The translations under genes and the position numbers were made by a program. Shown here piece by piece: positions 48,342 through 57,670 of a stretch of 64,000 bases of DNA. Below the pieces are notes generated by a model, which was not told the origin of the DNA, made no database searches, and saw nothing but the letters and a program-made list of their open reading frames with translations. The DNA comes from an uncultured Sneathiellales bacterium (GTDB lineage: Bacteria; Pseudomonadota; Alphaproteobacteria; CAYFNG01): assembly GCA_964344385.1 (NCBI GenBank), contig CAYFNG010000002.1, positions 193,476 through 257,475 of the forward strand. Reading direction: 5' to 3'. Positions within the stretch are counted from its first letter, which is position 1. Each line of letters starts with the position of its first letter.

Positions 48342-49433
48342 GTGACGCAACCCACACCGCAACCCGGGATCATGGAAATCGCGCCCTACCAGGGCGGGGC
48401 TTCGACCGTCGAAGGCTTGAGCGAAGTGATCAAGCTGTCGTCCAACGAAAGCGCCCTCGGGCCCAGCCCGAAGGCGATTGCCGCCTATAAGGCGATTGCC
48501 GACGACCTCCACCGATATCCGGACGGTGGTGCCGACAGCCTGTGCCAGGCGCTGGCCGCGCATTACGGCCTGGCGGCTGATCGGATCGTCTGCGGCAACG
48601 GCTCGGATGAGCTGATCTCCCTGCTGACCGACGCCTATGCCGGTGTCGGCGACGAGGTGTTGTACAGCCGGCACGGTTTCCTGATGTACCGGCTGGCGAC
48701 GCTGGGGGTTGGCGCGACGCCGGTGGCGGCGCCCGAAACCGATTACACCGCATCGGTGGATGCGCTGCTGGCGGCGGTCACCGACAAGACCCGCATCGTT
48801 TTCCTGGCCAACCCCAACAATCCGACCGGCACCTACCTGGCGCAGTCGGAGGTGCGGCGGCTGCGCGAGAACCTGCCGGAGAGCACGTTGCTGGTGATCG
48901 ATGCGGCCTATGCCGAGTTTGTCGACCGCAACGACTACACGCCGGGCCAGGAACTGGTCGATGAGTTCGGCAATGTGGTGATGACCCGCACCTTCTCGAA
49001 GATCTACGGGTTGGCCGGTTTGCGGGTCGGTTGGGCGTATTGTTCACCGGACGTGGCCGGGGTGCTGCACCGTGTGCGGGGGCCGTTCAACGTCAATTCG
49101 GCGGCGCAAGCCGCGGCGGTGGCGGCCTTGAGCGATACCGGCCATACCGCCAAGGCCAAGGCGCACAACGATGTTTGGCTGCCCTGGACCCTTGATGAGC
49201 TGGGTAAGCTGGGCCTGGACGTGGTGCCCAGTGTCGGCAATTTCGTGCTCGTGCACTTCCCCGACGAACCGGGGCGCAGTGCCGGCGACGCCTATGCCTA
49301 TCTGGCCGGCGAGGGCGTGTTGCTGCGCGGTATGGCGCCCTATAACCTGCCGGGCGCCTTGCGCATCACCATCGGGACGGAATCCGAACTGAAGGACATG
49401 GTGGCGGCCTTTCGGCGCTTCCTGGCCCGCTAG
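48342..49433 (+). CDS. hisC: Histidinol-phosphate aminotransferase
   Basis: 363 aa. PLP-dependent class II aminotransferase with SKIYGLAGLRVGWAY lysine motif. Confidence 0.9.
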   Translation: MTQPTPQPGIMEIAPYQGGASTVEGLSEVIKLSSNESALGPSPKAIAAYKAIADDLHRYPDGGADSLCQALAAHYGLAADRIVCGNGSDELISLLTDAYAGVGDEVLYSRHGFLMYRLATLGVGATPVAAPETDYTASVDALLAAVTDKTRIVFLANPNNPTGTYLAQSEVRRLRENLPESTLLVIDAAYAEFVDRNDYTPGQELVDEFGNVVMTRTFSKIYGLAGLRVGWAYCSPDVAGVLHRVRGPFNVNSAAQAAAVAALSDTGHTAKAKAHNDVWLPWTLDELGKLGLDVVPSVGNFVLVHFPDEPGRSAGDAYAYLAGEGVLLRGMAPYNLPGALRITIGTESELKDMVAAFRRFLAR

Positions 49434-49435
49434 CG

Positions 49436-50383
49436 ATGGCCGAACAGCAACGATTTCAGCGCCTGGCGCTGATCGGGATCGGCCTGTTGGGTTCGTCGAT
49501 CGCGCTTGGCGCGCGACGCAACGGCCTGGCGAATGAGATCGTCTGCAGCGCCCGGACCGAGGAAAGCTGTGCCAAGGCGCTGGAACTGGGCCTGGTCGAC
49601 CGCGCCACGACCGATTCGGCGGACGCCTGTCGCGACGCCGACCTGGTCATTCTCTGTTCCCCGGTCGGGACCTACGCGAAGCTGGCCGATACCATCCGAC
49701 CCGCCTTGATGCCGGGCGCGATCCTGACCGACGTCGGGTCGGTCAAGCAGGCGGTGTTCCGTGATGTCGGGCCGCTGGTGCCGGACGGTGTCCATTTCAT
49801 CCCCGGCCACCCGGTGGCGGGTACCGAGCAATCGGGGCCGGAAGCCGGGTTCGCCGAATTGTTCGACGGGCGCTGGTGCATCCTGACGCCGCCGCCGGGC
49901 TGCGATCCGGCGGCGCTTCAGCGCCTGGCCGGGTTTTGGCGGGGCCTGGGCAGCCATGTTGAGCAGATGGATGCCAACCACCATGACCTGGTGCTGGCGA
50001 TTACCAGCCATGTACCGCATTTGATCGCCTACAACATCGTCGGCACGGCGGACGATCTGGAGACGGTCACGGAAAACGAGGTCATTAAGTACTCAGCCGG
50101 CGGTTTTCGCGACTTCACCCGTATCGCCGCATCGGATCCGACCATGTGGCGGGACGTTTTCATCAACAACCGCGAAGCGGTGTTGGAAATGCTGGGCCGG
50201 TTCAACGAGGACCTGATCGCGCTGCAAAGGGCGATCCGCTGGGGCGATGGCGACACCCTGTTCGACCTGTTCACCCGGACCCGGGCGATCCGGCGGGCGA
50301 TTATTGACGCGGGCCAGGACTCGGCAATGGTGGATTTTGGCCGCCATCCGGAAATAGAGGCGGCAGAGCCAGAAGCCGAATAG
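49436..50383 (+). CDS. tyrC: Prephenate/arogenate (cyclohexadienyl) dehydrogenase
   Basis: 315 aa. N-terminal Rossmann LALIGIGLLGSSIA, catalytic GHPVAG(T) motif. Confidence 0.85.
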   Translation: MAEQQRFQRLALIGIGLLGSSIALGARRNGLANEIVCSARTEESCAKALELGLVDRATTDSADACRDADLVILCSPVGTYAKLADTIRPALMPGAILTDVGSVKQAVFRDVGPLVPDGVHFIPGHPVAGTEQSGPEAGFAELFDGRWCILTPPPGCDPAALQRLAGFWRGLGSHVEQMDANHHDLVLAITSHVPHLIAYNIVGTADDLETVTENEVIKYSAGGFRDFTRIAASDPTMWRDVFINNREAVLEMLGRFNEDLIALQRAIRWGDGDTLFDLFTRTRAIRRAIIDAGQDSAMVDFGRHPEIEAAEPEAE

Positions 50384-51374
50384 ACCCGGCATACAGATAT
50401 CCGTCGACCGCCTTGACCGGCACCCTAAGGCGGCGTTCGCCGTCATTGTCGGTCCGCGCCAGCAGGTCGAGCGCCAGCTTGGTGCCAACCGCCTGTTTCT
50501 TCTTTACCTGGCCGGTGGCGACCAACGCATCGACCAGCGACCGGTAGCCGGCAATCTTTCCCGACACCTCGCCAATTGGCCGATTGGCAGCGTCCAGGGC
50601 CAGGCGGCCCTTGCCTTCAACCGCGACCTTGCCCCAGGTGATGCCGAATTGTTGGACCTGTACGTGACCGCCTTTGTCGCGCCACTCAGGCAGGGTGACC
50701 AGCCCCTGTTCCGGTGGCGGCAATTGATAGATCCTGGCGTCGAAACCACCGAACTCGACTCGGCGGGCCATGAAATCCGCCACGCCTTGCGGCAGGTCGA
50801 CACCGCTGAAACTGATCGCCAGGTCACCGGTCTGGTCGGGCCGGTCGGCCTGTTGGCCGCGGTTGAAGCGTCCGATCATCTGCGCCTTGCCGATTTGGTA
50901 GGTGCGGTCGGTGCCCACCTCGGCCAGTTCCCCGTCGCCCACGCCAAGTGAGAAACGCTGCAACCCGCCATGGTTCAGGTCGAAGATGAGGTTTCCGTAG
51001 GTCAGTTTCGAACTTAGCCGGAACTGCCGCGGCTGCCGGCCATCGTCGAACACCAGGTGCTGAGGGGTCGTGTTCTTGATGATGACGCTGTTCAAGGCCC
51101 AGGGTTCGACGATCAACAGCAACTCATCGCTCTGCCATTCCCAGGCCGGGTGCCGCTGGGGTGCGGCGAAGGCGGGATTGCGCAGCACGATCATGATCCG
51201 GTAGGGAAACCCGGCCACCTCGCGGCCGTCCTGGGCGTAGGTGTAGCCTTCCGCCAGGCGGTCCGTGATCCAGGTGTCGAGGCGGGTGACCATTTCGTCG
51301 GCCACCACCGTCCAATAGACGTAATAGCCGCCGACTGCGGCCAGGATAAACCCCAAAACGACGAGTATGCGCAT
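50301..51374 (-). CDS. DUF2125 domain-containing protein
   Basis: 357 aa. N-terminal TM/signal (MRILVVLGFILAAVGGYYVYW). The in-frame stop gives an 83-nt convergent overlap with tyrC. Confidence 0.55.
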   Translation of the reverse strand: MRILVVLGFILAAVGGYYVYWTVVADEMVTRLDTWITDRLAEGYTYAQDGREVAGFPYRIMIVLRNPAFAAPQRHPAWEWQSDELLLIVEPWALNSVIIKNTTPQHLVFDDGRQPRQFRLSSKLTYGNLIFDLNHGGLQRFSLGVGDGELAEVGTDRTYQIGKAQMIGRFNRGQQADRPDQTGDLAISFSGVDLPQGVADFMARRVEFGGFDARIYQLPPPEQGLVTLPEWRDKGGHVQVQQFGITWGKVAVEGKGRLALDAANRPIGEVSGKIAGYRSLVDALVATGQVKKKQAVGTKLALDLLARTDNDGERRLRVPVKAVDGYLYAGSIRLLALPPLFPDGGQNPPLPSPGPRQ

Positions 51375-51477
51375 CCGGTACCGAACCGTGAACTACATGG
51401 GTTGCGGCAAGCTGTATAGCGGCTCCCTGGGGCTGCGTCGAGTGCCGGACCGGCGCCGTGCCGGCAGACGCCTCAGA

Positions 51478-53790
51478 TCAGCCGCATTTCGAGTGGCCGC
51501 ACGCGGTGCAGGTGTCGCATCCTTCCTGACGGATCAGGGCCGGCTGGCTGCATTTCGGGCACCGGCGGAACGGCGCGCCCTGGGTTTCGTCCTCGCCGAC
51601 CGCCTTGGGCAGCACGGCGCTTTCGGCTTCCTGGTCGCGGCCGCCGGCGATGAAACCGATGTTGATCAGGTGCTGTTCGATGACCTCACCGATCGCCGCC
51701 AGCAATGACGGCACGTAACGCCCGGCCATCCAATGGCCGCCGCGCGGGTCGAACACCGCCTTCAACTCCTCGACCACGAACGAGACATCGCCGCCACGGC
51801 GGAACACCGCACTGATCATCCGGGTCAGCGCCACCGTCCAGGCGTAATGCTCCATGTTCTTGGAGTTGATGAAGACCTCGAAGGGGCGGCGGCGGCCGTC
51901 CTGAACGATGTCGTTGATGGTGATGTAGATGGCATGATCGCTTTCCGGCCAGGCGATCTTGTAGGTCTGGCCGGGCAGGGCTTCGGGCCGGTCCAGCGGC
52001 TGGGTCATGTAGACGATCGCCCCGGCCTCGGCGGTGGCGGCGGTCTTGCCGACCGGCCGTTCGAAGGGCAATTCCGGTTCCTTGTCCTTGGCCTTTGACC
52101 GGGTCTCCAGCACCGCGCCGGTGATATCGTTCGGCCGGTAGGTGGTGCAGCCCTTGCAGTCCAGGTCGAAGGCCTGCAGGTAGATGTCCTTGAAATCGTC
52201 GAAATCGATCTCTTCGGGCACGTTGATCGTCTTGGAGATCGAACTGTCGACATATTGCTGAACCGCGGCCTGGACCGCCAGGTGGTCCCGCGGCTGCAAT
52301 CCTTGCGAATCGACGAAATAGTCCGGGATCGGGGCGGTTTCGCCCTTCAGCCGCCGGTACAGCCGGTAGGCGTAGTCGGTGACCTCCTCGTGGCGGCGGC
52401 TGCCGTCGGGCATCAGCACGTTGCGGCCGTAGGAAAAGCTGAACACCGGTTCCAGGCCGCTGGAGACATTGTCGGCGAACAGGGAAATGGTCCCGGTCGG
52501 CGCCACCGAGGTCAGCAGGGCGTTGCGGATGCCCTGGGCCTCGATCGCCTGGCGCACCTCCTCATCCAGGTCTTGGACGGTCTCGCCGGCCAGATAGGCA
52601 TCGGCGTCGAACAGCGGGAAGCTGCCCTTCTCGGCCGCCAGTTCGGCGCTGGCCAGATAGGCAGCCCGCTGGATCGCGCGCATCCAGCGGCGGGTCAAGT
52701 CCAGCGACCGGGCGTCGCCATAACGCGCCCGGCACATGATCAGCGCATCGCCCAGCCCGGTAATGCCAAGGCCGATCCGCCGCTTGGCGCGCGCCTCATG
52801 GGCCTGTTCCTCGAGCGGGAAATTAGAGATCTCGATGACATTGTCGAGGAAACGCACCGCCGTCGCTACCAGCTTGGCCAGGGCCGCCTCGTCCAGCGCC
52901 GCCTCTTCCTCGAACGGGTTATTGATCAGCCGGGTCAGATTGATCGACCCCAACAGGCAGGCGCCATAGGGCGGCAACGGCTGCTCGCCACAAGGATTGG
53001 TTGCATTAATCTTCTCACAATAATATAAATTGTTGCGGCGGTTGATGCGGTCGATGAAGATCACGCCGGGCTCGGCATAGGCATAGGTCGCCCGCATGAT
53101 CCGGTCCCACAGGTCCCGGGCCGGCAACGATTTGTGGGTGACGCCGTTGAACCGCAGCTCCCAGGGGGCGTCCTCCTTGACCGCCTGCATGAAGTCGTCG
53201 GTGATCAGGACCGACAGGTTGAACATGCGCAAGCGCCCCGGCTCCTGCTTGGCGTCGATGAACGCTTCGATGTCCGGATGGTCGCAGCGCATGGTCGCCA
53301 TCATCGCGCCGCGCCGGTGGCCGGCGCTCATGATGGTGCGGCACATGGCGTCCCACACATCCATGAAGGTCAGCGGTCCGGACGCATCGGCGCCGACCCC
53401 CTTGACCGGGGCGCCCTTGGGCCTGAGCGTCGAAAAATCATAGCCGATGCCGCCACCGGCCTGCATGGTCAGCGCGGCCTCTTTCAGGTGCTGGAAGATG
53501 CCCGACATGTCGTCGGGGATTTCGCCCATCACGAAACAGTTGAACAGGGTGACCCGGCGGGATGCACCGGCCCCGGCCAGGATGCGGCCGGCAGGCAGGA
53601 AGCGGAAATCCTCCAATGCCTCGTAGAACCGGGTCTCCCACAGCTCAGGCTCGTCTTCGACCGAAGCGGCGGCCCGGGCCACCCGGCGCCAGCTATCCTC
53701 GACGGTGGCGTCCAGGGGCCGGTCCTCGGCGTCTTTCAGCCGGTACTTCATGTCCCAAATCTGTTGCGAAATCGGCGCAATCGTCGGCAT
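51478..53790 (-). CDS. nrdJ: Adenosylcobalamin-dependent ribonucleoside-diphosphate reductase (class II RNR)
   Basis: 770 aa. Catalytic-site Cys regions (TNPCGEQPL), a B12-binding region and a C-terminal Zn-ribbon CPKCSQ...CDTCTACGHSKCG. Confidence 0.9.
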   Translation of the reverse strand: MPTIAPISQQIWDMKYRLKDAEDRPLDATVEDSWRRVARAAASVEDEPELWETRFYEALEDFRFLPAGRILAGAGASRRVTLFNCFVMGEIPDDMSGIFQHLKEAALTMQAGGGIGYDFSTLRPKGAPVKGVGADASGPLTFMDVWDAMCRTIMSAGHRRGAMMATMRCDHPDIEAFIDAKQEPGRLRMFNLSVLITDDFMQAVKEDAPWELRFNGVTHKSLPARDLWDRIMRATYAYAEPGVIFIDRINRRNNLYYCEKINATNPCGEQPLPPYGACLLGSINLTRLINNPFEEEAALDEAALAKLVATAVRFLDNVIEISNFPLEEQAHEARAKRRIGLGITGLGDALIMCRARYGDARSLDLTRRWMRAIQRAAYLASAELAAEKGSFPLFDADAYLAGETVQDLDEEVRQAIEAQGIRNALLTSVAPTGTISLFADNVSSGLEPVFSFSYGRNVLMPDGSRRHEEVTDYAYRLYRRLKGETAPIPDYFVDSQGLQPRDHLAVQAAVQQYVDSSISKTINVPEEIDFDDFKDIYLQAFDLDCKGCTTYRPNDITGAVLETRSKAKDKEPELPFERPVGKTAATAEAGAIVYMTQPLDRPEALPGQTYKIAWPESDHAIYITINDIVQDGRRRPFEVFINSKNMEHYAWTVALTRMISAVFRRGGDVSFVVEELKAVFDPRGGHWMAGRYVPSLLAAIGEVIEQHLINIGFIAGGRDQEAESAVLPKAVGEDETQGAPFRRCPKCSQPALIRQEGCDTCTACGHSKCG

Positions 53791-53899
53791 GGCGGGTCCT
53801 TAAGCGCGAAAACGGGCCGGGCAAAAGCTGAGCGAAATCTCGGAAACAGTGATTTTAGGTGCCGCCGATAACCCGGTCAAACAAAATCGTTCCCGTTAT

Positions 53900-53992
53900 G
53901 TTTCCACAAATCGCGCCCGATTCGCATCAACAGAACTGCCAATTTTTCGACTTATCCACAGGACGCAGGTAATTCCGCCAGATCTATCCACA
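53900..53992. promoter_or_regulatory. Cluster of DnaA-box-like motifs upstream of nrdJ
   Basis: Exact consensus TTATCCACA at 53952-53960. CTATCCACA (8/9) at 53984-53992. TTTCCACA (weaker) at 53901-53908. All in the same orientation, 110-200 bp upstream of the nrdJ start. Confidence 0.45.
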
Positions 53993-54011
53993 AGGGTGGG
54001 GCGAGTCGGTG

Positions 54012-54035
54012 ACCGGAAGCGCTGTAAATAGCGCT
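54012..54035 (-). terminator. Perfect 9-bp stem hairpin directly after the stop of the 54055-55560 gene (no U-tract)
   Basis: GGAAGCGCT-gtaaat-AGCGCTTCC. Confidence 0.35.
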
Positions 54036-54054
54036 TCCAGCCCCCAACCGACCT

Positions 54055-55560
54055 CTACTCGATCTCGAAGCTCTTGCTGAGGAAGGGGGACTGGCCGCCC
54101 TCGTGGATGAAGAACTCGACCTCTCTGGGATCGACCATCCCGGCGGTCCGGTGGACGGCGATGTCGTAATGGCCCAGGCCGGCCTGGGTGATGGTCACCG
54201 GCTTGTAGCTGCCGGCTGACCCGGTTGCGGTCTTGAACCAGGCGCCGCCATAGACCGGCATCGGATGGTTCGGCGACAGCACGTAGTGCACCCGGAACTC
54301 CATCCGGTCGGCATAGATGCCTAGTACGTCGCGACCGCGGATTTCGTCCGTCGCGCCGATCTGGTTGCCGGAAGCAATCATCCCGGTCACCGCGGCGGCG
54401 GTGCCGGTGCCCTGGTTGGCGGTCTTCGGCTGTCCTTGTGGCATCGGTATGATCGGTTGGACCATAGTGCCGACCGATGTGATCGTCCCTTGCGCGTCAT
54501 TGGGACCGGCCCAATGGATGCGCACCGACTCGATCTTGCCGTGGGGCCAGTGCTGTTTCAGGTCCAGGTCCGCCTTCTGGTTGCCGGGACCCGGCAACCT
54601 AACGAACTGTCCTTGGCAGTTCGGCGCGGCGAACAGGTCGGCCCAGGCCTGTGCTGGCCTTGCCAATTGCCATTTTACGCCGGCATTCATGATCTTGGTG
54701 CGATTGTGGGACGGGTAGTCGACGAAACCGATCTCGCGGCTGCGGAGGTCCCCGCTGGCCCTGTCGGCGAAGGAAACATCAATCAGGCAGTTGTTCGCCA
54801 TACCGGTCTTGGGTGGCACCGGCAGGAACTGGCTGTAATCGGTGAGGCTGTTGCCGTCGGCATACAGGTTGTGGAAAAGAACGCCCGCCAGACCGGTGTT
54901 GCGCCGGAACACGATGAACGACACCCATTTGCAGGGTAGGGTGTTGACGTCGTCGTGATTGTAGATGGCATCGCCGGCGTTGCGGTAGCTGTCGGCCGCC
55001 TTGCACAACCGGTCGCGGATCTGCTTGCCCGTGAAATTCATTCCGTTGAAGGTCGCGATCGCGGCATTGCTGCCCACCCGTATCGAGCCTACCCGACCCC
55101 AGGGCAGATTGTTGATGTGGCCCGACACCCAGCGATCGCCGGGCCCGACCCGGAAGGCTGCGGATTGCCCGACAAAATCCGGGCCTTCGTAGAGAATGAC
55201 CTCTTCCGGTTCCGGGTTGCGGCCGGCCTGTGGCAAACCCTGGCCGCCACAGCCCTGCATCTGCTGTTGTCGCAGCCGGGTCCCGTCCTGTACCTGGTTC
55301 GCCGGTGTTTTCAGGCACCAGCGGTAATGGTGTTGGAAGTCGTCGCTCCACACCGGGTATTTCAGCCCCGGGCAGTTCTGGGCCTTGGCAGCCCGGAACA
55401 TGTTGATCGCGGATTGCGCATAGTTGCTGCAAAACGCCGCGTCCGCCGCCATTGCCTGGCTGGCCGGCCCGGCGGTGCCGAACAAGGCCAACAGGAAACC
55501 GCCCAGCAGGGCGATCACGGGCATGGGTTTGGTGGCGGTGGTCTGGTGTCGATGGATCAT
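54055..55560 (-). CDS. Secreted protein of unknown function with beta-gamma-crystallin-like Greek-key motifs (paralog A)
   Basis: 501 aa, signal peptide (MPVIALLGGFLLALFGTAGPASQAMA). Cys-containing N-domain (CSNYAQSAINMF...CPGLKYPVWSDDFQHHYRWCLKTP). VILYEGPDFVGQSAAFRV...VGSIRVGSN resembles a beta-gamma-crystallin Greek key. Conserved C-terminal block FRVHYVLSPNHPMPVYGGA...VEFFIHEGGQSPF. Confidence 0.6.
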   Translation of the reverse strand: MIHRHQTTATKPMPVIALLGGFLLALFGTAGPASQAMAADAAFCSNYAQSAINMFRAAKAQNCPGLKYPVWSDDFQHHYRWCLKTPANQVQDGTRLRQQQMQGCGGQGLPQAGRNPEPEEVILYEGPDFVGQSAAFRVGPGDRWVSGHINNLPWGRVGSIRVGSNAAIATFNGMNFTGKQIRDRLCKAADSYRNAGDAIYNHDDVNTLPCKWVSFIVFRRNTGLAGVLFHNLYADGNSLTDYSQFLPVPPKTGMANNCLIDVSFADRASGDLRSREIGFVDYPSHNRTKIMNAGVKWQLARPAQAWADLFAAPNCQGQFVRLPGPGNQKADLDLKQHWPHGKIESVRIHWAGPNDAQGTITSVGTMVQPIIPMPQGQPKTANQGTGTAAAVTGMIASGNQIGATDEIRGRDVLGIYADRMEFRVHYVLSPNHPMPVYGGAWFKTATGSAGSYKPVTITQAGLGHYDIAVHRTAGMVDPREVEFFIHEGGQSPFLSKSFEIE

Positions 55561-55831
55561 GGTCGTGCACTCGTATTTGGTGCTGCCGACAGCACGTAAT
55601 CGGGCCGGCCGGCAGGGGTGAACGGGTTGTGCCGCCGCGCCACACCGTTGGCGCGGGCCTGTCTGCTTCCCCAGGTTGGACGTCCACTGCCTTTGCTGGC
55701 CGGCGGTTCCGAACCGGTCACGGTTGAAACATCAGACCCGCCGGAAATAATCCTTTTGGTTTATAGGCCCGACGATAGCGTGTATTGGCGGATTATTCCA
55801 CCCGCTCTTTCTAGTCCGTCGATTGCCGCGG

Positions 55832-57478
55832 TCACGGCAGGTTGAACCGCTTCCTCACGAACGGGTGCTGGCCGCCCTCATAGAGGAAGAACTCGACGGC
55901 ATCGGGTCGGGATCGGTCCGAGGTCAGGTTCACCGTGATCTCGAAGCGGCCAGTGCCGGGCCGGCTGAGCGTCACCGGACGGAAGCCGCCGCCCTTTTTC
56001 GACCCGTTCATCAGGAAGGCACCGCCATAAACCGGCATCGGGTGTTGCGGCGAAAGCGTGTAATGGACCCGGAACACCATGCGGTCGGCATGGACCTGCA
56101 ACAGGTCATGGCGGTGGATGGCGTCCGCCTGGCCGGTCGCCTGCGCCGGTGCCGTGCCCTGGCCGATCACCCCCGTCACCACGCCGGTCGCGGTTGCGGT
56201 CTTGGGATCGGGGGCTTCTGGCGCTTTCCTGGCATTTCCGGACGGGGCCTCGGTGGGCATGTTTCCGATGACGCCTGTCGGATTGACTGCGACGGAAACC
56301 CCGGTGGCGACGGCTTGGCGGTCGTTGCCGCCGGTCCAATGAACCCGCAGTGAACGGTAACGCGTATCGGGTTTGGCGAAATAGTCGGCCTCAAACACCA
56401 GCGTGCGGTTGTTGGCGCCCGGCAGACGCAGGAAAGATCCCTGGCAATTGGGTTGCGTGAACAGGTCGACCTTGAGACGCGGCGCGGGTTTCGTCGAGTT
56501 GTACCCGCCATCCGATGGCAATACGCCATCGCTTTGCTGAAATGGCAGGTCCACCAGATTGAGCAGTCGCTTTGGCGGGCGGTTCTTGTGGTATGTTCCG
56601 ATATTGCCAAATCCGAGCTTGAACGGATCAAGCCTCAAATCCGGGTAACAAACGCTTTCCACACCGCGCACCCGTGGTACCGGAAAGAAGCGTGACGTCG
56701 TGTCGTAGTGCTGGGCGCTGCCTCCGAGTTTACTGATAACCGGAACCGCGCGTGTCCAGCCGGCTCCGACCAACCCCTCGTTTCGCCGGAAAATGATGAA
56801 CGACTTGACCTCGCAAGCCAAACGGAGGTCTTCGTCCTTGAAGACCGCCTTGCTACCCCAACGGAATTGTTCGAGTGCGGTTCCGCTGAAATCGCAATAG
56901 TCGTCCTGCTTGCCGATGCTTCCGAGGGTGCTGCGATTGAAGAAGACTACTCCGACATTACTGCCTAGGCGATAGGATCCGATCGGGGACCCGCTGTCCG
57001 GTTCCGCAAAAGGCAAGTGTGCAACTTCACCAAATTCCCAGCGGTTCTCGGGTTTCAAGCGGTAGACAGCACTACGGCCCACATGTTTGATCTTCTCGTA
57101 AAAAACAACCTCGTCTGGCCCCGGTCCTGAGCCGGTGACCGGCAGGCCCTGGCCGATGCAGTTCTCCAGTTGTCGGCGTCTGAGGTCAGCGCCGCGCCGG
57201 ACCTCGGCGTCCGGCGCTTTCAGGCACCAACGGTAATGATACTGGAAATCGTCGCTCCAGACCGGATAGGTGAGGTGGGAGCAGCCCCGGGCGCGCCCAG
57301 TGGCGAACAGGTCAATCGCCTGTTGCGCGTATTCGCTGCAGGCCGCCGCCGCGGCTGCCCGGGCTGGATGGCCGCCGGGCGCCACCACCACACCGGCGAC
57401 CGTCGTTGCCATGGTCACCGCGACCACAAAGATCCGTCGCAAGGCCCGGGCGCCGTTGAGTCGTTCTGTATTCGCCAT
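55832..57478 (-). CDS. Secreted protein, paralog B of the 54055-55560 product
   Basis: Start MANTERLNGARALRRIFVVAVTMATTVAGVVVA (RBS GAGGGGA). Same conserved blocks as paralog A (CSEYAQQAIDLF...C..LTYPVWSDDFQYHYRWCLKAP; VVFYEKIKHVGRSAVYRL; FRVHYTLSPQHPMPVYGGA...VEFFLYEGGQHPF). Confidence 0.6.
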   Translation of the reverse strand: MANTERLNGARALRRIFVVAVTMATTVAGVVVAPGGHPARAAAAAACSEYAQQAIDLFATGRARGCSHLTYPVWSDDFQYHYRWCLKAPDAEVRRGADLRRRQLENCIGQGLPVTGSGPGPDEVVFYEKIKHVGRSAVYRLKPENRWEFGEVAHLPFAEPDSGSPIGSYRLGSNVGVVFFNRSTLGSIGKQDDYCDFSGTALEQFRWGSKAVFKDEDLRLACEVKSFIIFRRNEGLVGAGWTRAVPVISKLGGSAQHYDTTSRFFPVPRVRGVESVCYPDLRLDPFKLGFGNIGTYHKNRPPKRLLNLVDLPFQQSDGVLPSDGGYNSTKPAPRLKVDLFTQPNCQGSFLRLPGANNRTLVFEADYFAKPDTRYRSLRVHWTGGNDRQAVATGVSVAVNPTGVIGNMPTEAPSGNARKAPEAPDPKTATATGVVTGVIGQGTAPAQATGQADAIHRHDLLQVHADRMVFRVHYTLSPQHPMPVYGGAFLMNGSKKGGGFRPVTLSRPGTGRFEITVNLTSDRSRPDAVEFFLYEGGQHPFVRKRFNLP

Positions 57479-57670
57479 AATCCGTCCCCTCTGAAAGGGC
57501 CACATGCCGGCCGGCGTGATCTCGTCGGGGATACGGTGACTCCGGCGGGCGATCCCGGGCCGATCCAAGGGGCATTAATTTCCCCGATGGATCTACCGAA
57601 CGTAGCACAAGCAAAACCCAGGCGCGACGCCGGATTGCGCGATTTTGCCGATCGCGTGCGGAGAAAACGC

